A stretch of 64,000 nucleotides of DNA from Thermoplasmata archaeon (GTDB lineage Archaea; Thermoplasmatota; Thermoplasmata; Lutacidiplasmatales; UBA184): assembly GCA_049285595.1 (NCBI GenBank), contig JBAQAF010000036.1:21910-85909 (forward strand). Reading direction: 5' to 3'. The translations under genes and the position numbers were made by a program. The notes beneath the pieces were generated by a model. The model did not search any database. It saw only the letters and a list, made by a program, of their open reading frames with translations, and was not told the origin of the DNA. Positions 26,172 to 33,244 of the stretch are shown here, piece by piece. The first letter of the stretch is position 1. Each line of letters begins with the position of its first letter.

Positions 26172-27299
26172 ATGGTCGAGTGGACGCTACTGTCGATCGT
26201 CGTCGGGCTCGCGGTCATCGCTTCGCTGTTCTCGTTGCGCCTCGGGGTCTCGGTCGCCATCCTCGAACTTCTCGCCGGCGTCGTGGCAGGTAACTACCTC
26301 GGAGTATCCGCCTCGGGGGCCGATTGGCTCCCGTTCCTCGCGGGGATCGGCAGTGTCGTCCTCACGTTCCTGGCGGGCGCCGAGATCGACCCAGCGGCGA
26401 TGCGCCGGACCTGGAAGGCGTCCGCCAGCATCGGTCTCCTTTCGTTCCTGGCCCCGTTCCTGGCCGCGTGGGCGTTTACCGGGCTGGTACTGCGCTGGTC
26501 CTCGCCGGCGTCGCTCCTCGCCGGGGTCGCGCTCTCGACCACCTCCGTCGCGGTCGTCTACGTGGTCCTCGTCGAGACCGGAGCGAGCTCGACGCCGACC
26601 GGGAAATTGATCCTCTCGGCGTGCTTCATCACCGACCTCGGCACGGCGCTCGCCCTGAGCCTTCTGTTCGTCCATCCGAACGAATACATCTTCCTCCTGC
26701 TCGCCGCGGTCGTCGCCGCGACCCTCACCGTTCCGAGGCTGTTCGACTGGCTGTTCGCCCAACTGAAAGGGCGGGCCGGCGAGCCCGAAGTGAAGCTGCT
26801 CTTCTTCCTGGTGATCGTGCTCGGCGCGGTGGCCCAGCTCGCCGGCGCGCCGGCGGTCCTGCCGGCGTACATCCTCGGGCTCGCGCTCGCCTCGGTGCTG
26901 GGGCGGAATCGAGACGTCCTGCTCAAACTTCGGTCGATCACGCTCGGGTTCCTGACCCCGTTCTTCTTCATCAACGCCGGACTGAACGTCTCCGTCGCCG
27001 CGCTCGCCAGCGGGGCGTTCCTCATCGTCGTCCTGTTTGGCGTCAAAGTCGGAGCGAAGCTCGCCGGCGTCCTTCCGGTGACCCGCCGTTTCGTCGGGCA
27101 CGACTCGGCGTACATCTCCCTCCTGATGAGCACGGGTCTGACGTTCGGCACGATCGCCTCGATCTACGGTCTGGACGCGGGGATCATCGACCGGTTCCAG
27201 TTCTCGGTACTCCTGACCGTCGTCATCGCGACGGCGATCGTACCGACCGTGATCGCGCAGACCTGGTTCCGGCCCGCGGCGGAGAAGCAGCCTACGTGA
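26172..27299 (+). CDS. Cation:proton antiporter (CPA2 / Na+-H+ exchanger family)
   Basis: 375 aa and highly hydrophobic: VAILELLAGVVAGNYLG...FLAGAEID.... It has about 11 helices and no RCK tail. Confidence 0.85.
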   Translation: MVEWTLLSIVVGLAVIASLFSLRLGVSVAILELLAGVVAGNYLGVSASGADWLPFLAGIGSVVLTFLAGAEIDPAAMRRTWKASASIGLLSFLAPFLAAWAFTGLVLRWSSPASLLAGVALSTTSVAVVYVVLVETGASSTPTGKLILSACFITDLGTALALSLLFVHPNEYIFLLLAAVVAATLTVPRLFDWLFAQLKGRAGEPEVKLLFFLVIVLGAVAQLAGAPAVLPAYILGLALASVLGRNRDVLLKLRSITLGFLTPFFFINAGLNVSVAALASGAFLIVVLFGVKVGAKLAGVLPVTRRFVGHDSAYISLLMSTGLTFGTIASIYGLDAGIIDRFQFSVLLTVVIATAIVPTVIAQTWFRPAAEKQPT

Positions 27300-27906
27300 G
27301 CCGCTGCCGGGTCCCTCGGACCGTCCCGTCGATCGGTGAACCCCGATCGCGTCGGAAGCAGGTCGGGGCGTGGTCGTTGACGATTCCGATCGCCTGCATC
27401 CACGCGTAGACGATCACAGGGCCGACGAACTGGAAGCCCCGTGCCTTCAGGGCTTGGGAGATCGTCTGGGAGAGATCGGTCTGGGTAGGCACGGGACCGG
27501 CGTTCTGGATCGGCGCGCCGCCGACGAACTCCCAGACGAACGCGGAGAAATCGATCCCTTCCTTCTTCATCGCGAGGAACGCCCGCGCACCCCGGATCGT
27601 CGCTTCGATCTTCCGACGGGAGCGGATGATCCCCGGGTCCCCGAGCAGACGTAGCACGTCCTTCTCCTGGAACCGCGCCACCCGCTGGGGGTCGAAGTCA
27701 CGGAACGCGGCACGCAGCGCCTCGCGCTTACGTAGGACGATGAGCCAGGAGAGCCCGGCCTGAAACCCGTCGAGCATCAGCTTCTCCCAGAGCTTGCGAC
27801 CGTCCCGCTCGGGAACCCCCCACTCCCGGTCGTGGTAAGACCGCAGGAGCGGGTCGGTCTCGGCCCAAGCACATCGACGAACCGGGGAGGACGGCCGGGG
27901 AGTCAT
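27292..27906 (-). CDS. tag: DNA-3-methyladenine glycosylase I
   Basis: CAWAETDPLLRSYHDREWGVPERDGRKLWEKLMLDGFQAGLSWLIVLRKREALRAAF. GGAGGAAG lies 5 nt upstream of ATG 27906 (SD-like, co-transcribed with tpiA). Confidence 0.9.
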   Translation of the reverse strand: MTPRPSSPVRRCAWAETDPLLRSYHDREWGVPERDGRKLWEKLMLDGFQAGLSWLIVLRKREALRAAFRDFDPQRVARFQEKDVLRLLGDPGIIRSRRKIEATIRGARAFLAMKKEGIDFSAFVWEFVGGAPIQNAGPVPTQTDLSQTISQALKARGFQFVGPVIVYAWMQAIGIVNDHAPTCFRRDRGSPIDGTVRGTRQRLT

Positions 27907-27928
27907 GTGCGCTTCCTCCTGACCCGCG

Positions 27929-28669
27929 CTAGAATCCGGCGAGGAGCTCCGCGATCGCCGCCTTCGGGTCGGCCGCGCGGGCCACCGCGCTCGCGACGAG
28001 CACCCCGGCGCTGCCCAGCTCGATCGCTCGATGCACGTCGTGGCGGTCGCGCACTCCGGCGCCGCACAGCACGCGGGTCTGGGGAGCGACTTGGCGCACG
28101 GCGAGGACCGTCTCCGAGACGACCTCCGGGCGCGCCGAGGAGACGGAGCGATCTCCGCCGATCAGCTCCGGCGGCTCCACCGCGAGGTACGCCGGAGCCA
28201 CCGCCGCAAGGGCGCGCGCCCGGTCGACCGTCCCCGCGCAGACGACGGCGACCAGGCCGAGGGCCTCGAGCCGTTGGCACGCGTCCTCCACATCGGGACC
28301 GCCGATCGGGTGCTCCGAATGATTCAGCAGACTGCCGCGGGCACCCGCCGCCCGAAGAGATTCGGGGGGAATCGAGCCGGTGCGGGCCCCGGCGTCCACC
28401 GGGTCGACGTGCTGGGCGAGCACAGGGCAACGGACGGCAGCGGCGACCCGCGCGAGATCCGGGGCTGCGGGGGCGACCGCCGTCGGAACCCCGGCCGCCC
28501 GTCCGAGCCCGTCGAGGATCGTCGCCATCTCTACGGCGCCGTTCCCGAGGCAGTTCGGGTACGTCTTCAGGTTCAGCAGGAGCAGCGGGGTGCCGAGCGC
28601 CGCGCGCTCAGTGGGTCGCGGCCGCTTTGGCGCGCTTCGGCCGAGAGCAGATGGCGTACTCGTCCCCAT
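27929..28669 (-). CDS. tpiA: Triosephosphate isomerase, archaeal short type
   Basis: PLLLLNLKTYPNCLG...VLAQHVDPVDAGARTGS...LLNHSEH...AVEPPELIG...LCGAGV. The start is uncertain: ATG 28669 gives a 27-aa S/R/P-rich extension that overlaps the upstream small ORF. Confidence 0.85.
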   Translation of the reverse strand: MGTSTPSALGRSAPKRPRPTERAALGTPLLLLNLKTYPNCLGNGAVEMATILDGLGRAAGVPTAVAPAAPDLARVAAAVRCPVLAQHVDPVDAGARTGSIPPESLRAAGARGSLLNHSEHPIGGPDVEDACQRLEALGLVAVVCAGTVDRARALAAVAPAYLAVEPPELIGGDRSVSSARPEVVSETVLAVRQVAPQTRVLCGAGVRDRHDVHRAIELGSAGVLVASAVARAADPKAAIAELLAGF

Positions 28670-28817
28670 CGAAGAAGACCTCCCGGTCGGGGTGCTTGCG
28701 CTGGAGTTCGGAGATTCGCGAGAGGACGTCTTCGAGCGTGGTCGACTCGTCATTCGGATCGATCCTCAGGTGCACCGTCTTTTCGGGCCGATCCGTCGTA
28801 TGACCCGTTCCGGGCAT
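28608..28817 (-). CDS. Small acidic hypothetical protein (69 aa)
   Basis: MPGTGHTTDRPEKTVHLRIDPNDESTTLEDVLSRISELQRKHPDREVFFDGDEYAICSRPKRAKAAATH. Composition is protein-like, in contrast to the overlapping tpiA-frame extension. No family recognised. Confidence 0.45.
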   Translation of the reverse strand: MPGTGHTTDRPEKTVHLRIDPNDESTTLEDVLSRISELQRKHPDREVFFDGDEYAICSRPKRAKAAATH

Positions 28818-28974
28818 GAGGCTCCGGGGAGCCGCCTAGACGTAAGGGGCCATTAAGGATGCGAGAAGCCCCCCGACCGCTCCCTCGCGACGGACGAGCG
28901 AGTTATCCAACGCACTTCGCCCGGCTCCCGGCGGGGAATCCCGCCTGGGTTCCCCCGCCGGGAATCGGGCAATT

Positions 28975-28982
28975 CGTAAATA
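28975..28982 (+). promoter_or_regulatory. TATA-like box for acs
   Basis: ttcGTAAATAgc lies ~22 nt upstream of ATG 29000. Confidence 0.45.
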
Positions 28983-28999
28983 GCGTGCGAAGCTGGCTC

Positions 29000-31129
29000 A
29001 TGGGAGGGTTGACGATGGCGGAAGGTCGCGCGAAGGAGTCCGAGGAGTCCGGCAATCTCACCGAGGCCGAGATCGCGGTCCACTGGAAGGAGGAGGAGTA
29101 CTTCCTCCCGTCGCCGAAGTTCACCGGTCAGGCGAACCTCACGGATCCGGCGATCATGGAGCGGTTCGGGCTCGATCGGTTCCCCGAGTGCTTTCGCGAG
29201 TACGCCGACCTGCTCACGTGGGACCAGTACTGGCACACCACGCTCGACACGAGCACTGCCCCGTTCTACAAGTGGTTCGTCGGTGGGAAGCTGAACGTCT
29301 CGGTGAACTGCATCGATCGGCACCTGCCGAAGTACCGGAACAAGGCCGCGATCATCTTCCAGGGGGAGCCGGAAGAGGAGCCCCCGATCTCGATCACGTA
29401 CCAGGAACTGTGGATCCGCGTGAACGAGTTCGCGGCCGTGCTGCGCGATTTCTGCCACCTCAAGGCCGGCGACCGGGTGACGATCCACATGCCGATGACC
29501 CCCGAGCTTCCGATCACGATGCTCGCGTGCGCGCGGCTGGGCGTCGTTCACTCGGTCGTCTTCGGCGGCTTCAGCGGCGAAGCGGCCGGCCACCGAGCCG
29601 CCGACTCCGGCAGTAAAGTGATGATCACGATGGACGGTTACTGGAGGAACGGCAAGGCGACCGATCACAAGGCGGTCCTCCAGTCGTCGATCGACGCCGC
29701 CAAGGCGGACGGTCATACCGTCGAGAGGGTGCTCATCTGGCAGCGGTACCGCGACCGGCTCCTGACGACCGTTCCCATGACGCCCGGACGCGACTACCTC
29801 GTCCAGGAGCTGCTCAAGGAGACGGTTGGAAAGCGGGTCGATCCGGTGTCGATGCCGGCGGAGGCGCCGTTCTTCCTGATGTACACGAGCGGTACGACGG
29901 GAAAGCCCAAAGGCTGCCAGCATTCGACGGGCGGCTACCTCGCCTACGTCGCGGGGACGTCGAAGTTCATCGAGGACATCCACCCGACCGACGTCTACTG
30001 GTGCATGGCCGACATCGGCTGGATCACGGGCCACTCCTACATCGTCTACGGTCCGCTCGCGCTCGCCGCGACGACCGTGATGTACGAGGGGGTGCCGACG
30101 TTCCCGGACCCCGGGCGCCCGTGGCGGATCGCCGAGCGGCTCGGCGTGAACATCTTCCACACGTCGCCGACGGCGATCCGACAGCTGCGCAAGCTCGGGC
30201 CGGACGAGCCGAAGAAGTACAACTATCACTTCAAGCACATGACGACGGTCGGGGAGCCGATCGAGCCGGAGGCGTGGCGGTGGTACTACCATTCGGTCGG
30301 CAAGGACGAGGCGGTGATCGTCGACACCTGGTGGCAGACGGAGACCGGCGGGTTCCTCTGCTCGACGAAGCCCGGGATCGACCGGATGAAGCCGGGGAGC
30401 GCCGGCCCCGGGATGCCCGGGATCCACCCGATCATCTTCGACGAGAACGGCCATGTCATCACGGCCGGCTCGAACAAGGCCGGCAATATCTGCATCCAGA
30501 ACCCGTGGCCGGGCCTGATGCAGACGATCTGGGGGGATCCGGAACGGATGGTCCGGCAGTACTTCCAGAAGTACAACAAGAACCCGAAGAGCAAGGACTG
30601 GAAGGATTGGCCGTACTTCGCCGGGGACGGCGCGCTGATCTCGGCCGACGGCTACTACCGCATCCTCGGCCGGATCGATGACGTGATCAACGTCGCCGGG
30701 CACCGCCTGGGGACGAAGGAGATCGAGTCGGCCTGCCTGACGGTCCCCGAGGTCGCCGAGGCGGCCGTCGTGCCGGTCGCGGACGAGCTCAAGGGACGGG
30801 TCGTCGAGGTGTACGTCGCGGTCAAGCCCGGGACGAAGGCGACTCCGGCCGAGGTCGCCCAGAAGGTGACCCACGCGATCGAGACATCGATCGGCAAGAT
30901 CGCCCGACCGAAGACGGTCCACATCGTCCCGGATATGCCGAAGACGCGCTCCGGGAAGATCATGCGCCGCGTGCTCGCGGGGATCTCGAACCGATTGGAC
31001 ACCGGGGACATCACGACCCTCGCGAACCCGGATATCGTGGAACAGATCCGTAAGCAGGTCCAGGGCGATGCGCCGGTCGTTCTGAAGAAGGGGCCCGCGG
31101 ACATCGAGGCGTTCGGAAAGGTCGACTAG
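29000..31129 (+). CDS. acs: Acetyl-CoA synthetase (AMP-forming)
   Basis: WFVGGKLNVSVNCIDRHL, FFLMYTSGTTGKPKG, YWCMADIGWITGHSY, TWWQTETGG, YFAGDGA...DGYYRILGRIDDVINVAGHRLGT, PKTRSGKIMRR. The start is trimmed from 28859 to ATG 29000. Confidence 0.92.
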   Translation: MGGLTMAEGRAKESEESGNLTEAEIAVHWKEEEYFLPSPKFTGQANLTDPAIMERFGLDRFPECFREYADLLTWDQYWHTTLDTSTAPFYKWFVGGKLNVSVNCIDRHLPKYRNKAAIIFQGEPEEEPPISITYQELWIRVNEFAAVLRDFCHLKAGDRVTIHMPMTPELPITMLACARLGVVHSVVFGGFSGEAAGHRAADSGSKVMITMDGYWRNGKATDHKAVLQSSIDAAKADGHTVERVLIWQRYRDRLLTTVPMTPGRDYLVQELLKETVGKRVDPVSMPAEAPFFLMYTSGTTGKPKGCQHSTGGYLAYVAGTSKFIEDIHPTDVYWCMADIGWITGHSYIVYGPLALAATTVMYEGVPTFPDPGRPWRIAERLGVNIFHTSPTAIRQLRKLGPDEPKKYNYHFKHMTTVGEPIEPEAWRWYYHSVGKDEAVIVDTWWQTETGGFLCSTKPGIDRMKPGSAGPGMPGIHPIIFDENGHVITAGSNKAGNICIQNPWPGLMQTIWGDPERMVRQYFQKYNKNPKSKDWKDWPYFAGDGALISADGYYRILGRIDDVINVAGHRLGTKEIESACLTVPEVAEAAVVPVADELKGRVVEVYVAVKPGTKATPAEVAQKVTHAIETSIGKIARPKTVHIVPDMPKTRSGKIMRRVLAGISNRLDTGDITTLANPDIVEQIRKQVQGDAPVVLKKGPADIEAFGKVD

Positions 31130-31300
31130 ATGCCCTCGGGGGGGGCCGGCGTCCCGCCGGCCCCGCGATCGCGGTGCCCTCTCTGCGCCGGGGAATTAGG
31201 CCCTCCGGTGAGCCGGGGGGTCCACTGCTTCGTGACGTGCCTCGGCTGCGGGGAGGAGTTTCAGCTCGACGATGCTCGGCTCCCCTCCGCGGGCGCGTGA
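31130..31300 (+). CDS. Small zinc-ribbon protein (56 aa)
   Basis: Below the track cut-off. Its ATG directly follows the acs stop (TAGATG). Translation: MPSGGAGVPPAPRSRCPLCAGELGPPVSRGVHCFVTCLGCGEEFQLDDARLPSAGA*, with CPLC...CLGC. Confidence 0.45.
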   Translation: MPSGGAGVPPAPRSRCPLCAGELGPPVSRGVHCFVTCLGCGEEFQLDDARLPSAGA

Positions 31301-31322
31301 CCCGCCGCGGGGGCCGCGCGGC

Positions 31323-32027
31323 TCAGAGGCTCGAAGACTTCGGCACGATCCGCGGGGCGTACGCCGCCACGCGCAGGAGGTGGATCGACACGATCACCAA
31401 CCAGAGGAGGAGCGGGGCGACGATCAGCCGCTCCATGCCCCCCATGCCGAGCCCCGCGTAGATCTTGGCGACGAACAGGAGCAGGGCGATCACCCCGATC
31501 AGGCCGGAGAAGAGGGTGTACGACCGGTAGCCGTCCCAACGGGTATCCCGGAACATCGCGAAGCCGAGGACGATCAGAGCGAGGTTCCCTGCCGCGAACG
31601 ACAGGAGGGCGGAGATCGAGTGGACCTGAAGGTTCACGTTCTCCGGCGAGAGGCCGACGCCGATCGCTCCGATCCCCGTGAGCACGAGGAGGCCGAGTCC
31701 GATCGAGCGGCTCGACCGGTCGGGGAAGGCGCTTCGGATCAGGAGCACGCCGAGGATGGCGAGGAGACCGAGAACGATGATGGAGGCGTTGAAGACGACA
31801 TGCCACGGGGAGCATACGTACGGGGAGGTCGCGTTCGGCCAGGCACCGCACCCGGTGTTCCCGAGGTCGCTGATGACGTTCTTCGAGAGGCTGTACGGCG
31901 TTGTCCAGCGCAGCTCGACGACCCCCATCACGACCACGAACTGGACCGCGGCGATCAGCCAGACGATCGCCGCGTGGTGGACCGATCGGTGGACCAGCGG
32001 TCCCAGCCGGGGCTCGGCCGATGCCAT
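31323..32027 (-). CDS. DUF998-like integral membrane protein
   Basis: MASAEPRLGPLVHRSVHHAAIVWLIAAVQFVV...NVISDLGNTGCG...PWHVVFNASIIVLGLLAILG, with about 7 helices. ATG at 32027; the track start at 32078 is a GTG. Confidence 0.6.
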   Translation of the reverse strand: MASAEPRLGPLVHRSVHHAAIVWLIAAVQFVVVMGVVELRWTTPYSLSKNVISDLGNTGCGAWPNATSPYVCSPWHVVFNASIIVLGLLAILGVLLIRSAFPDRSSRSIGLGLLVLTGIGAIGVGLSPENVNLQVHSISALLSFAAGNLALIVLGFAMFRDTRWDGYRSYTLFSGLIGVIALLLFVAKIYAGLGMGGMERLIVAPLLLWLVIVSIHLLRVAAYAPRIVPKSSSL

Positions 32028-32040
32028 CGAGGGGCCGTCC

Positions 32041-32184
32041 CTAATCCTCGCGCGCGTTGCGTTCGTAGGAGGCGTCACTCGTCTTCTTGAGACGGGCGCC
32101 GTCGCGGTCGCAGGTCGGGCGCGCGCTGGGCGGAACGTCGATCACGTAGCCGCCCCCGCACTTCGGGCACTCGTAGTACGTCAT
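32041..32184 (-). CDS. Small zinc-ribbon protein (47 aa)
   Basis: C-terminal part of ORF 32041..32343 from ATG 32184: MTYYECPKCGGGYVIDVPPSARPTCDRDGARLKKTSDASYERNARED* (CPKC...C.RD). Confidence 0.5.
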   Translation of the reverse strand: MTYYECPKCGGGYVIDVPPSARPTCDRDGARLKKTSDASYERNARED

Positions 32185-32270
32185 CGGATCCCTCGAGCGC
32201 AGCAAGAGGGGCGGCATATAAATGGGTCTGCTTCTAATCGAACTCCGCTCTCGAAGAGCACGGGCGATCC

Positions 32271-33209
32271 ATGTCGGTGAACCGCGCGGGATCGCCGCGC
32301 GCGGACCCGATGCCCCGGCGGACCCTCCGCTCGACGACGTCATCGGTCGACGCGGGAGCTCGGCAGCGGTTCCTCGACAACGATGCGTACCGCGCGGGGC
32401 GCGAGTGGATGCGCTACGAGGGGACGCCCCAGCGCGATCTGTTCCGCGAATTGCGCTGCCGCTTTCTCCAGCGGCATTCGGCCGACGCTCGGTGGGTCGC
32501 GGATCTCGGGTCCGGACCGGGCCGGTTCACGAGCGCGCTCGGCCCGGAGGGGGCGCGACGGGTCGCGCTCGACCTCTCGCGGGAGATGCTGACGTACCAC
32601 CCCACCCCCGCTTCCCCGCGTCCCTCCGACGCCTCGGCTCCGCTCGACCGGGTGGTCGGTGACGCCGTCGCGCCGCCGCTCGCCGACGGGGCGTTCGGAG
32701 CGGTCGCCCTGCTCGGAAATGCGGTTGGGTTCGCCGGCGGTGACTCCGAGCGGGTGATCGAGGCGGCGGAGCGTCTGGTCTCGCCCGGCGGATCCTTGAT
32801 CGTCGAGATCGCCCCGGGGCCCGGCGAGCGCTCCCGCTATCTGGCCCGGCTCCCGGAAGGGGCGGTGGGTCGACTGCTGGCGGCCCCGCCCGCCGCGGTG
32901 GTCCCCCGGATCGAGCGCGAGGGGTTCGAGGTCGAACCAACCCGCCATCGATCGGATTCGTTCCGCCGATGGGCCGCGAAGGAGCTGCACCGTCGATGGC
33001 AGCGGCCGGGGTGGACGATTCTTGAGACGCTCTCGATCGCCCCGTGTCTGGGGGCTGACCCGGTCGCCATCGCTCGCGTCTTCGCCGACTCTAAGGCGCG
33101 GGACCACCTGTTCGACGTCGAGGAACGGGTCGGGCGAAGCCCCTCCCGGTGGACCTCGGCGGCGGCCGTGCTGACCTCTGCTCGACGGGACCTCCGTGGA
33201 CAGAATTAA
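32271..33209 (+). CDS. Class I SAM-dependent methyltransferase
   Basis: Motif I VADLGSGPGRFTSAL, then RRVALDLSREML and GDAVAPPLADGAFGAVALLGN. Confidence 0.8.
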   Translation: MSVNRAGSPRADPMPRRTLRSTTSSVDAGARQRFLDNDAYRAGREWMRYEGTPQRDLFRELRCRFLQRHSADARWVADLGSGPGRFTSALGPEGARRVALDLSREMLTYHPTPASPRPSDASAPLDRVVGDAVAPPLADGAFGAVALLGNAVGFAGGDSERVIEAAERLVSPGGSLIVEIAPGPGERSRYLARLPEGAVGRLLAAPPAAVVPRIEREGFEVEPTRHRSDSFRRWAAKELHRRWQRPGWTILETLSIAPCLGADPVAIARVFADSKARDHLFDVEERVGRSPSRWTSAAAVLTSARRDLRGQN

Positions 33210-33244
33210 GACCCGTGGGAACCCATCGTTCGGACCGGGACTCG

